NCBI GenBank assembly: GCA_963754875.1
Contig: CAVWHO010000016.1
Span: forward strand, 64,001 to 128,000
DNA: 64,000 bases
Direction of reading: 5' to 3'
Source of the DNA: Nitrospirota bacterium
Lineage (GTDB): Bacteria > Nitrospirota > UBA9217
Position numbers and translations under genes: made by a program
Notes under the pieces: generated by a model
Databases searched by the model: none
The model's input: only the letters and a program-made list of their open reading frames with translations
What the model was told of the DNA's origin: nothing
In this document: positions 48,135 to 58,298 of the stretch, one piece after another
Layout: each line of letters opens with the position of its first letter
Numbering within the stretch: position 1 is the first letter of the stretch

Positions 48135-50964
48135 TCACTGTCGCGGCAGCGTGATGGAAAAGGTCGTTCCCCTCCCCAATTCGGTCGTAACGCGGATATC
48201 GCCATGATGGTCAACAAGTATTTTTTTTGTAATCGCAAGTCCGAGGCCGGTCCCCCCGTTGGCAGCTTTCGTCGTATAGAAGGGGTCAAAGATCCTATTG
48301 ATCTGCTCCGGCAATATGCCGCCTCCCGTATCGCTGATCCTGATGTTGACCGCCTCCTCCTCAGCAACCGTCTCGATGGCCAAGGCGCCTTTGTCGTCCA
48401 TGGCGTCGAGGCCGTTTGTAATCACCGTGAGAAAGACCTGCCTCAGTTCCCCTTCGTTCCCATAGACGGTAAGGTTCCCTTGTGTATAGCCTCTCACCAC
48501 CTCGACTTCTTTTAATCTGCCTTGAAGGCTGATGACCTCCAGTGTCCTGTCGATCATCTCATGGACATCGATCGTCTTTTTGTCCGGCGAGCCTTTCCGT
48601 ACGAACGAAAGCATGCCTGTGGTTATATTTTTGCACCGCGCAATCTCTTCTTCGATGATCTCCAGATATTTCTTGAACAGCGCCGGCTCAAAGTGTCCCT
48701 GGTTAACCCGGTTCAAGAGACCTTCCGCACATCCCCTGATCGCGGCCAACGGGTTGTTGATCTCATGGGCGATGCTCGCCGCCATCTGTCCGAGAGATGC
48801 CAACCGCTCGTTCATGATGAACCGCATCTCTCGTTCCCGTTCCTGCGTCACGTCTCTTACGATATTGATGGTCCCGCCGGGGGCCCCATCGGGGTTCAGG
48901 TAAGGAAAGTGCGTGGTCACCAACGTTCTTTTATTTATCGGGTCCACCTGTTGGACATCAGCCGCGATGCCTGTTTCCTGTATCCTATGGTGCGGACAAT
49001 CAGTATAGGGATCACGTGATTCGTGGACCAGTTCGTAGCATTTCTGATTGAGAATTGACGAAAAGCTCTTCCCAACATACGCAGCAAAGGCCTTGTTCGC
49101 CTTGATAATCCTGTATTCCCTGTCGGTGATGCAGATGGGGTCCTGGATATTATCGAAAGTATCACTCCATTCTTTCTCGGAACGGCTGACCTGAGCGACC
49201 AGATACTGAAGCTCCATGACGAACTTCTCCCGTTCCATCTCCATCCGCTTTCGCTGTGAAATATCGACCACCGCGATCCGGATCTGACCTGCCTTATCGT
49301 CGACATTATCGGCGATCGTACTCTGGAGTTGGGCGTAAAATGCCGGGGCATTTCTCGGTACTATCCTCAACTCGCAGGTCTGTAATGCTTGGCTCCTGAA
49401 TGTTTCCTTACGATGGCCTTCGTAAACTGCAAGATCGCCCTTTTCGATAAAAGGGGTAAAAGATTCCCCTATCAACAGATGCCTGGTTACGCCCACCATA
49501 TTGGCCCCGGTAAGATTCGCTTCCCGGATCCGACCGCTTGCATCAATCAAGAAATACCCGAACCGGAGAGAAATCAAAGAGGTCCCTATATCTGGCGCGG
49601 GAGGATTCAAGCTCCACCCGCGCGCGGTGCAACGTTTTTTCCGCCTGTTTGCGCTCAGAGATATCGCGTACGATCGCCACCATGTATCGCTTCCCCCCCT
49701 CGGCAACAGGCATGACGTTGATTTCAACGGGGAAGACACTGCCGTCTTTTCGCCGATGCAAACTCTCGATCATAAACGATCGACGCTTGAGGACGTCTTC
49801 GCACCTTTGTTTCCATGAGTGATCGTCCGGAATATTTAGGTCGAAGTCCCTTACCGACAAAGACAGCACTTCCGGGCGGGTGTAACCATACCTCTCGCAG
49901 ACTTTCTCGTTGCAGTCCGAAAAACGGCCGGTTTCGTGATCAGTTACGAATATGCAATCGTTTGACCGGTCGATAAGCGCGCGAAACAGCCTCAGGTCCT
50001 TCTCAGCCTGCTTCCGGCTGGTAATGTCCCTCGCTACTTCAACAGCCGCGACGACCTCCCCCGACACATCGCGCACCGGAGATGCAATAAGTTCGTACGT
50101 TACTTCGCCCCGTTGTTCGATCAGGCCAGTTCGCTCCACGATATGGCGCTTCCCATCCTGGAAGGACAGCACAAGGGGGCAATCTTCACAGACAGCGTCC
50201 TTCTTCCGGTACGCCTTGTAGCAATACTCGCCGACATGGTCTCCGCCGACAAGTTCCCTGTGGAGCCGATTCTGATAAATGACCCTGAAATCCCTGCCCT
50301 GCATGCTGACGCCATCGGCTATAGCCACTATGATAGCCTCGGACTTGTTTTTTTCTTCTACGGTTTTTGCCAGCGCCCGACGCAACGTTTCTTCCGCCTG
50401 TTTGCGCTCGGAGATGTCCACAACGGCAATTCGGATCAGACCGTTCGCCTTGCCATCCTGTTCGACAGCCAAGCAGTGCAACTGAGCAAAAAACGGGGAA
50501 CCGCTCTTTCTTTTGAGTTTAACTTCGCAAGGTTGCTGGTACTTCTTCTCGATGACTTCGGCAAAATGAGAGAGGAACACCCGCTGTTCTTTCCTGTCCG
50601 CGAGAAAAACGGAGAAGGGTCCGTTGATCACTTGCAGCCGGTTGACGCCGAGCAGGGTCGCACAGGCGAGGTTAATTTCCTTGATCGCGCCGCGGGCATC
50701 GAGCGCAAGATAGCCGACAGGCGCAAAATCGTACAAATCGGCCAACTTGTCGCGGGACGATTCCAGTGCCTCCCTCGTACGTCTGAGCTCTTCGTTCTGC
50801 ATTTCGAGCTCGATCTGGTGAGTTCCGAGCTCATTGACGAGCTGTTTTAAATCATAGGTCGTGAGCTTGCTCAAGCCTTTCGTCTGTTCACCGAGCTTTT
50901 TCTTCGCCTTCCGTCGAAGGGCGGCGAGGGTTTCCGATTTTGAACTGGATTTTTTCGTAGGCAT
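48135..50964 (-). CDS. Cytoplasmic multi-PAS histidine kinase, split by one frameshift near 49561
   Basis: HQIELEMQNEEL, several PAS domains, AHEINNPL and GTGLGL. Removing one T restores DFSPVGYFLID, matching the earlier DFAPVGYLALD. Confidence 0.85.
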
Positions 50965-50980
50965 TCTTCTCACCGAATCC

Positions 50981-52297
50981 TCATTCTTCCACCCCGTAGC
51001 TTGCCAGCTTCCGGTACAAGGTCTTCGGGTCAATGCCGAGCAGTTCCGCCGCCTTGCCCCGCTGTCCTGCCGATGCGTCGAGGACGCGCAGGATGTGCTC
51101 CCTCTCGACGTCTTCGAGCCGCGTGGAGGCTGCCTTCGGGCCCGTGACAAGATCGAGAGGGAGGTCGTAGGGTTCAATCACATCGCTGCGCGACAGGAGG
51201 AGCGTCCGGTGCACGACGTTCTGCAGTTCCCGCACGTTTCCGGGCCACGGGTATGCTGTGAGGACGCGGAGCGCCGACTCGCTGAACCGCTTTTGCTTGA
51301 AAGCGGCGTCACGCTTCGTAAAGTAATCGATCAACGCCCGGATGTCCTCCTTGCGCTCCCGCAAGGGCGCAATCGGCACGGTGAGCGCCGTGACCCGGTA
51401 ATACAGGTCTTGCCTGAAGGCCCCTTTCCGGATTTCTTCCTTAAGGTCCTTGTTCGAAGCAGCAAGTATCCTGATGTCCACCTTCTGCTCACGGGTGCCG
51501 CCGAGCCTGAAGAAACTCCCAGTTTCAATGACCCGGAGCAGCTTTATCTGGAGCGCAAGGGGCATGTCACCGATCTCATCGAGGAAGAGCGTCCCGCTGT
51601 TCGCGACTTCCAGGAGTCCGGGTTTTCGTGCTGAAGCGCCGGTAAATGCACCTTTTTCAAAACCGAACAATTCGCTCTCGATCATGTTCTCGGGAATCGC
51701 CCCGCAGTTGATCGGGACAAAGGGACCGCCGGCGCGCTTCGACTCCCGGTGGATGCTCGCTGCAATCAGTTCTTTGCCCACGCCGCTCTCGCCGGTAATG
51801 AGCACGGGGAAATCGGATTGAGCGACCTTTTTCGCGGTCTCCTGCAATTCCTGCATTACGCGACTCGCGGCAATAAGGTGTTTCCGTTCCGTCTGCCGCT
51901 GAATTTGCGTTTTTAAAAGAATATTCTCGCTGCGGAGCTTCTTTTTTTCGTAGGCTTTATCGATGATCGGTCCAAGTTCTTCCAGGCGGAATGGCTTCGA
52001 CAGGTAATCATAGGCCCCGAGTTTCATGGCCTCGACGGCAGTCGATATGGTTGCGTTCGCTGTCAGCACGATCACTTCGGTGGGAATATCGAGAGACTTT
52101 ATTTTTTTTAGGACATCGATGCCCACGAGTCCGGGCATGTTCAGATCGAGAAGGAGAACATCATATTCGTCCTGATCGAGCAGTTCCAGAGCCCGCCGTC
52201 CGTTTTCCACCTCATCTACATGAGTGTGATCGTTCGAAAGCTCCGTACGCAACACCTGCCTGATGTTCTTTTCATCGTCGGCAACGAGCAGTTTCAT
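50981..52297 (-). CDS. NtrC-family sigma54-dependent response regulator
   Basis: REC domain, GESGVGKE, ESELFG, GAFTGA, WPGNVREL and a C-terminal HTH. Confidence 0.95.
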   Translation of the reverse strand: MKLLVADDEKNIRQVLRTELSNDHTHVDEVENGRRALELLDQDEYDVLLLDLNMPGLVGIDVLKKIKSLDIPTEVIVLTANATISTAVEAMKLGAYDYLSKPFRLEELGPIIDKAYEKKKLRSENILLKTQIQRQTERKHLIAASRVMQELQETAKKVAQSDFPVLITGESGVGKELIAASIHRESKRAGGPFVPINCGAIPENMIESELFGFEKGAFTGASARKPGLLEVANSGTLFLDEIGDMPLALQIKLLRVIETGSFFRLGGTREQKVDIRILAASNKDLKEEIRKGAFRQDLYYRVTALTVPIAPLRERKEDIRALIDYFTKRDAAFKQKRFSESALRVLTAYPWPGNVRELQNVVHRTLLLSRSDVIEPYDLPLDLVTGPKAASTRLEDVEREHILRVLDASAGQRGKAAELLGIDPKTLYRKLASYGVEE

Positions 52298-52369
52298 GAC
52301 AGCTTGCCCCCGAAAACCATATCAACCGTGCTGGATAATCACGACAAGCCATTACGGCTCAATTAAAAT

Positions 52370-52398
52370 AGTATACAACAGGACCGGTCTCTATGCAA
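52370..52398 (-). promoter_or_regulatory. Putative sigma70 promoter of the NtrC-kinase operon
   Basis: TTGCAT, 17 nt, TATACT on the minus strand. Confidence 0.5.
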
Positions 52399-52528
52399 GA
52401 GCGACCAGATTGTGCGACCAGATTGTGGAATCTGCCGTTGAGGGAATAGGTAATTTAAAAAAAGGGGGGGGAAGATGGGGGAGGTCAAAAAAAGACCGTC
52501 CAATTGAACACGCTTGCGAGGGAATGTT

Positions 52529-52774
52529 TTATGACTTTTTGGCGGCCTTCAAAAGTTTTTCGAGTTTATCTGATCCGACGCACTCTTTGGCGTAGGCGCA
52601 CCACTCGATACAGGACGTGCCGATGGGCCGTGCATTCAAGTGACCGCACTTCTTGCACTCGGTCTCGGGCTCGTCGCTCCAGATCTCAATCTTCTCGCCG
52701 CACTTCTGGCACCGGATGTCTTCCGGTTTCGGCGACCGTATTTCCGCGCTTCCTGGACAGCCTTCTTTAAACAT
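52529..52774 (-). CDS. Small Cys-rich (8 Cys) metal-binding protein
   Basis: CPG..CQKCG..EIWSDE..CKKCG..CIEWC..AKECVG. Confidence 0.8.
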   Translation of the reverse strand: MFKEGCPGSAEIRSPKPEDIRCQKCGEKIEIWSDEPETECKKCGHLNARPIGTSCIEWCAYAKECVGSDKLEKLLKAAKKS

Positions 52775-52835
52775 GGTCTTACTCTACACGACTTGCATCA
52801 CTACGGCTATGATCTACATCATACCTTCCGTGAGC

Positions 52836-53642
52836 TTAATTCTTGACCGTCTCTTTTACGGCATCGATGATCTCGATTTTAAAATTATAGGGAATGATTG
52901 CCCGGTCTACTTCAACCGGAATAAAAAGATTGAACGACTTTCCCTTCAGACCCGCTGCAACATCACTGTCGAGCGGGAACAGCGGGTGAATGTCGTATCC
53001 CCTTCTTTGCTGGGAAAGAAACACATTGGTCACCGGGATCACGGCTTCCTGTATCGAGCTCTTTGCCAGGACGATCTGATCAGGGAACGGGTTATTCCTG
53101 TCCGGGAAACGGACCGTTGAAGGCATGATCCGGTGCGTCTGGTTGTTCACATCACTGTACTCGGAACGTTCCCACAAGATCCTGACATCGCGATCGCTTC
53201 GGTTGTCGAAGCGCATGTTGAACGACTGCTCCCCGACTGTGAAAGCGATCGCAATGACCCTGTCCCGGAACCGCAGTTCATTCGATGCCACGGGGTCCGT
53301 CATCCGGAATTTCAAGCCATACTTCGCGAGATTCTGGATAATCTTCTCGAGCCTGATATTGAGCGTCTCTCCCGTTTTGACGTCCTGGAGAGGGACGACC
53401 CTCGGTTTATAATTTTCTTTCTGTACTTCGAGAATCGCTTTCGACGCAAGCGCGGGGTCGGTCGGCACGTCGGCCGTTACCGTTGCCGGTGAGCGATACG
53501 TCTGTTCCTTCAAGTCCTTACCGGAGACGACCCTGATGACCGCATCCGGCGGATCGGCAAACACTTTGAAGTTCTTCGTGACCGTGCTTGAGCAACCAGC
53601 TGCAAGGACCGCTGCAAGGGCCACCACAACATATCGTCTCAT
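52836..53642 (-). CDS. Hypothetical lipoprotein
   Basis: Lipobox LAAGC; GAGGAGG RBS. Confidence 0.75.
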   Translation of the reverse strand: MRRYVVVALAAVLAAGCSSTVTKNFKVFADPPDAVIRVVSGKDLKEQTYRSPATVTADVPTDPALASKAILEVQKENYKPRVVPLQDVKTGETLNIRLEKIIQNLAKYGLKFRMTDPVASNELRFRDRVIAIAFTVGEQSFNMRFDNRSDRDVRILWERSEYSDVNNQTHRIMPSTVRFPDRNNPFPDQIVLAKSSIQEAVIPVTNVFLSQQRRGYDIHPLFPLDSDVAAGLKGKSFNLFIPVEVDRAIIPYNFKIEIIDAVKETVKN

Positions 53643-53711
53643 TTATCCCTCCTCATAACACCTATGAACCATATAATAGTACCATATCCGGTCCGGGCTG
53701 TCACAAAAATC

Positions 53712-54929
53712 TCATTGCAGCACCACGTTGAACTCCAATTCCTTGTTTCCCAGCAGAAAAGGCTTCCGCATCACCTTCACCTTGATGGTTTCACCATGGT
53801 GTTTATAAAAAAGCACGATCTTGAGATCGTCAATCGTTCTGACCGGCGAGCCGTCAACGTCCAGGAGGACATCACCGGACCTGAGACCCGCCTTTCGGGA
53901 AACGCTGTCCGCGGGAAAATCCGTAATCAGGACCTTGACGCCCTCCTCCTTGAGCATGACCATCAGTTTGGGTGCAGTCACGCCCTCCTCCTCCTCGGAG
54001 AATATCAGGTAGTCGGCGATGCCCCGGTCCACATCAGCATCGTTCAGGATGGTCACATACTCATAGCCATTGCGCCGGAAAGCCCGTTTAGGAATTCCCG
54101 AGCCGTAGGCAAGGTGTCCCGATCCCGCAACCACGATCATTTGGCGCAAGGGGTTCTTCCGCAGATACTCATCAAGGGACATTGCCATGGTCTCGTCCCA
54201 GAGCACCTGTGCTTCATAAAAAAAATCGAAATTCATTTCTTCGCGGTTTTTATGCTCCGCGAAGGCTTGTTTCAACCGGTCGCGGTAGTCGTTATCGGAG
54301 AGGTCCAACTGCGAGGGGATATCCTTTTTTTCTTCGACGGAGAGGGAAGCGACGCCGCCCTTCGCCACTTTATCGATGATTTCCCTCTTCGCGTTCAAGG
54401 CAACGACCGGGATCTTCTCGGCCCGGGCGAAGTCGAGGATCGGCTTGTACAAATTGAAGTCAAAAACCCATCGCGAAAAATATTCCGTCTTCTTGAGGAA
54501 CTCCCGCTCCCCGATTGCCCCGCCGATATAGTCATCCAGCACCTGTTGGAAAGGTCGCTGAAACATCTCCATGCCGATGGCGATCCTTGGGTTCTTTTTG
54601 AACAGTCCCTTGATGACCTGCAGCTCGACGGTATGGTTGCTGAAGCGGTCGTGATATTCCCCCACGTAAACGATCTTTTTACTTGCAACCTGTTCAATGA
54701 CGCGGGAAAGCGTCTTGAGGTCCGCCATGTCGATGGCCACGGGCTCCGTTCCCTGTTCCATAGTCTTTTTCTTCTCCGATCCGGGTTTTTTTTGTGAGAT
54801 CGCTTCCTGCGAGCCAGCTGGCGAAGAGCCGGCTTCACTGGAAGACGCGATGCAATCCCTTGTCCTTGAGGACAGAAGGAGGAGAGTGGCAAAAATAACA
54901 ATCCCGATACTAACATATTGTTTTTTCAT
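53712..54929 (-). CDS. ChaN (DUF399) family protein with a C-terminal PDZ domain
   Basis: YVGEYHD, IGMEMF, AQVLWDETMA and AGSGH; AGLRSGDVLL..DG PDZ motif. Confidence 0.85.
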   Translation of the reverse strand: MKKQYVSIGIVIFATLLLLSSRTRDCIASSSEAGSSPAGSQEAISQKKPGSEKKKTMEQGTEPVAIDMADLKTLSRVIEQVASKKIVYVGEYHDRFSNHTVELQVIKGLFKKNPRIAIGMEMFQRPFQQVLDDYIGGAIGEREFLKKTEYFSRWVFDFNLYKPILDFARAEKIPVVALNAKREIIDKVAKGGVASLSVEEKKDIPSQLDLSDNDYRDRLKQAFAEHKNREEMNFDFFYEAQVLWDETMAMSLDEYLRKNPLRQMIVVAGSGHLAYGSGIPKRAFRRNGYEYVTILNDADVDRGIADYLIFSEEEEGVTAPKLMVMLKEEGVKVLITDFPADSVSRKAGLRSGDVLLDVDGSPVRTIDDLKIVLFYKHHGETIKVKVMRKPFLLGNKELEFNVVLQ

Positions 54930-55219
54930 GTGTTCCCCGTATCCGAGATATAAAATAATGATCTCATATTACCAGAAAATGCGCAGGATGGCTATGTTTC
55001 CATCATAGGTTAATTGATATACGTGCTTTACCGTGTTACCTGAGCGAACTTAATGAAGTCAAAAAAGCCTAAGTTACCACGGAGTCAGCCAAGTAAACCA
55101 CTCCGGGACCAGTTTCGGCCTTGCAGGAAACTCAGAAAAAACAGAATTTTATTATCTCTGTGCCGTCGTGTATTTGGTGCCTTTTTATGAGATTATGAAT
55201 TTTAAAATGACAAATTGAC

Positions 55220-55248
55220 TTGAATTTGCTTAAATAGATATCTATAAT
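55220..55248 (+). promoter_or_regulatory. Putative sigma70 promoter of the dksA-like gene
   Basis: TTGAAT, 17 nt, TATAAT. Confidence 0.55.
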
Positions 55249-55294
55249 GGTTTCTTAGTACCGACTCTGGACATCAAGAGGGGGAATTTCGAAT

Positions 55295-55879
55295 ATGGCT
55301 GCAAAAAAGAGCGCCAAGAAGAAAGCTGCCAAACAGGTCAAAAAGAAGGTGGCAAAAAAATCTACCAGAAAAGCAACAGTAAAAGCCGCAAAGAAAGCGG
55401 TCAAGAAAGTCGTTAAAAAAACTGCTCGCAAGGCGGTCTCTGCCAAAAAGGCCGCTGAACCGAAACCCATTCGAGTTTCTCCGGCCGTGCAAAAACGCCA
55501 CGAACTCCTGAAGAAAATCCTTCTGAAAAAGCGAAATGAAGTGGTAGACGGCCTGGAAACGCAGATGGGCCGCAGGCTGACGAGGGACATGGGCCAGAAG
55601 ATCGACTCGGCAATGGACAGCGCCGATCAGTCCGCGCTGGACGTTGATCAGGGCATCGACTATTCCCTGCTGGAAATGAAGTACGAACAGTACAAGGACA
55701 TCGCCGACGCCTTCCGCAAGCTCCAGAACAAAACCTTCGGCCTCTGCGAGGAATGCGGCGAAGAGATCGACATCAAGCGGCTCGAGGTGAACCCTCTCGC
55801 CAGGTACTGTATCTCCTGCAAAACGAAAAAAGAAGAAATCGAGAGGATACAGAAGGAAGAAACGAGATTCAAGGAGTAG
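55295..55879 (+). CDS. dksA: DksA/TraR-family protein with a Lys/Ala-rich N-terminal tail
   Basis: DSADQS coiled-coil tip; FGLCEECGEEI..RL..P.ARYCISCK zinc finger. Confidence 0.85.
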   Translation: MAAKKSAKKKAAKQVKKKVAKKSTRKATVKAAKKAVKKVVKKTARKAVSAKKAAEPKPIRVSPAVQKRHELLKKILLKKRNEVVDGLETQMGRRLTRDMGQKIDSAMDSADQSALDVDQGIDYSLLEMKYEQYKDIADAFRKLQNKTFGLCEECGEEIDIKRLEVNPLARYCISCKTKKEEIERIQKEETRFKE

Positions 55880-56014
55880 GTTTTCAAACACAGCCTCACG
55901 GAGTCTTAATCCGGGTTCAAACCGTGTGCAGCCTCTGCCCCGCGTCTCTTACGAGAGACACAGAGCGGGGGAGCCGCCTGTGTTACGTAAGTTCGTGGTC
56001 AGTTACGGTTTTTC

Positions 56015-56043
56015 TTGACAAAAAGGCAGTAATCCAGTATCTT
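56015..56043 (+). promoter_or_regulatory. sigma70 promoter of the tRNA-tilS operon
   Basis: TTGACA, 17 nt, TATCTT. Confidence 0.65.
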
Positions 56044-56063
56044 ATGCCTCTAATTTTTCTTGG

Positions 56064-56139
56064 GGCGGTGTAGCTCAGCTGGTAGAGCAGGGGAATCATA
56101 ATCCCTGTGTCCGGGGTTCGAGTCCCTGCACCGCCACCA
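56064..56139 (+). tRNA. tRNA with CAT anticodon, most likely elongator tRNA-Met
   Basis: GGCGGTG/CACCGCC acceptor stem, TAGCTCAG D-arm, ATCATAA anticodon loop, GGTTCGAGT T-loop, encoded CCA. The paired 1-72 position argues against an initiator tRNA. Confidence 0.95.
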
Positions 56140-56174
56140 TTTTTCCCTTCACTGAACTCATTTTCCCCTTTTCC

Positions 56175-57563
56175 ATGCTGCTCAATAAAATCAAAGACAC
56201 TATCTCGCGTTTTGTCATGCTGGAACCTGGAAACCGGGTGCTTGTAGCCGTCTCGGGTGGACCGGATTCGGTATGCCTCCTTTCTGCCCTCCACGCTCTT
56301 TCCGCGGAATTAAAAATTTCCCTGCATATCGCCCATCTCGATCATATGTTCCGGGGTAAGGAGTCGGCAGAGGAAGCGAACTTCGTCGACGACCTGGGCA
56401 GGAAGCTGGGTATCCCGTCCACCATCGAACACATCGATGTCCCCTCCTATTGCCGTGAACACGGCCTCTCCCCCCAAGTCGGGGCGCGGGAAGTGCGGTA
56501 CTCGTTCTTATCGCGGGTCGCGCTGTCGGCAGGAGCCGCTCGGGTCGCAACAGGACACACGGCCACGGACCAGGCGGAAACGTTCCTGATGCGTCTCCTT
56601 CGCGGCGCCGGGGCCGCTGGGCTTTCGGCCATTCCGCCCGTACGCAGAAACATCATCAGACCGCTTATCGAATCAACGAGAGATGATGTCCTGGAATATC
56701 TCGGGACTACCGGCCTGTCGTACGTGACCGATCCCTCGAATGCCAAGCCGCTCTACACGCGAAACAGGATCAGGCTGGAGCTTCTGCCGGTTTTGAAGCG
56801 GTTTAATCCCCGCATCGAAGAAAGACTCGCTTCAGAGGCCGGCCTGCTTCGTGACGAAGACTCGGCGATCGATGCGCACCTTGAAACTATTATGGAAAGC
56901 ATTATCACAAAAGATCACGATTTCCTCACAATGAGACGGGATGAATTCAATGCCCTGCCCCATGCCTTCCGGCGCAGGATTTTCAGAACAATCACAGCCC
57001 TGGTCGGCCGGGAACCATCGGAACTGTCCCTGGTCCAGATCGATGAGACGCTTGCTTTCATGGCCACGTCTCAGACGGGCAGGTCCATGAACCTGCCGCG
57101 CGGTCTCGCGGTTGGGCGTGAGTACGATCGGTTCATCATCGGCACGTCAAGTGCTGTACAGGACTTTTCCTATGCGCTTGCCCTTCCCGGAACCACACTG
57201 ATTCCCGAGCTCGGCCTGGCCGTGGAAACGCGGCTCACGGGAGACGGGGAAGAACATCCGGAGGGAGAAAATAATCTCTGGCAGGCCGTGTTCGATTATG
57301 ATAAAATAAGCCCGCTTTTGACTGCCAGAAACAGACGTCCGGGCGATACGTTCTGCCCTTCGGGCATGGGAGGCAAGAGCAAAAAGCTTCAGGACTATCT
57401 GGTCGACAAAAAGGTCCCGCAACGGCAGCGGGGCAGGGTTCCTCTCCTCTATGCAGGAGCAGACCTCATTTGGGTCGTGGGATACAGGACGGATTTCCGG
57501 TTCCTGCCCGGACCCGACACGACGCGGACGTTGGTCGTCAGCGTAAAACGACGACAGGTATAA
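56175..57563 (+). CDS. tilS: tRNA(Ile)-lysidine synthetase
   Basis: AVSGGPDS, AREVRY, GHTATDQAET, DPSN and RNRIR. Confidence 0.96.
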   Translation: MLLNKIKDTISRFVMLEPGNRVLVAVSGGPDSVCLLSALHALSAELKISLHIAHLDHMFRGKESAEEANFVDDLGRKLGIPSTIEHIDVPSYCREHGLSPQVGAREVRYSFLSRVALSAGAARVATGHTATDQAETFLMRLLRGAGAAGLSAIPPVRRNIIRPLIESTRDDVLEYLGTTGLSYVTDPSNAKPLYTRNRIRLELLPVLKRFNPRIEERLASEAGLLRDEDSAIDAHLETIMESIITKDHDFLTMRRDEFNALPHAFRRRIFRTITALVGREPSELSLVQIDETLAFMATSQTGRSMNLPRGLAVGREYDRFIIGTSSAVQDFSYALALPGTTLIPELGLAVETRLTGDGEEHPEGENNLWQAVFDYDKISPLLTARNRRPGDTFCPSGMGGKSKKLQDYLVDKKVPQRQRGRVPLLYAGADLIWVVGYRTDFRFLPGPDTTRTLVVSVKRRQV

Positions 57564-57651
57564 TGCAAGGTTCACAATGCACGAGAGAAGGGCGTCGTGC
57601 ATCCGGCATCAGGCTGCGCGCCGTACATTGTCATTTTTCGAGGAGGAATTC

Positions 57652-58182
57652 ATGGTAGGTATCGATTTCGGCAAACCGCTTTTTACGAGCGAAGAAATTC
57701 AACGGAAGATCCACGAACTCGGATCAAGACTCTCTGCAGATTATGCCGAGAAGGACCTGCTGGTTGTGGGCGTGCTCAAGGGCGCCATATTTTTCATGTC
57801 CGATCTGCTTCGTTCGCTGAAAATCTCCGTCCGGATGGATTTCATTCACTGCACCAGTTCCAAAGGCAGCCATCCTGTCCAGATCATCGCCGACATGAAG
57901 GAGGACATCAAGGGAAAAGACGTCCTTCTTGTAGAGGACATCATGGACTCGGGCGTCACCGTCGATTTCGTGAAGAAAATGCTGCTGGAACGCGGTCCTG
58001 CATCGCTCAAGGTCTGCGTGCTCCTGGACAAGCCCGGACGAAGGAAAGTGCAGATCGAGGCTGACTACCTCGGCTTTCGCATCCCGAACAAATATGTCGT
58101 CGGCTACGGTCTGGATTACAAGGACCGGTACCGAAATTTGCCGTACATCGCCGTACTCCCGTACGAGGAACGGCAAGCGTAA
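57652..58182 (+). CDS. hpt: Hypoxanthine phosphoribosyltransferase
   Basis: VLKGA, LLVEDIMDSG and VVGYGLDY; AGGAGG RBS before the ATG at 57652. Confidence 0.95.
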   Translation: MVGIDFGKPLFTSEEIQRKIHELGSRLSADYAEKDLLVVGVLKGAIFFMSDLLRSLKISVRMDFIHCTSSKGSHPVQIIADMKEDIKGKDVLLVEDIMDSGVTVDFVKKMLLERGPASLKVCVLLDKPGRRKVQIEADYLGFRIPNKYVVGYGLDYKDRYRNLPYIAVLPYEERQA

Positions 58183-58298
58183 CCCCCCCGAACGAGCCTC
58201 AAACAGGATAAATTTGTTGTCACGCTGTCTTCAATATGTTAATATAAATGAATTCCGATAGGATTGGACACCTGTCGGCTTTTCAGGAGGTTCCCTTC

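Noticed and set aside
49543..51177. 544-aa ORF with a long N-terminus overlapping the NtrC gene
   Set aside because: The extension is off-frame NtrC sequence; the real start is at 50964.
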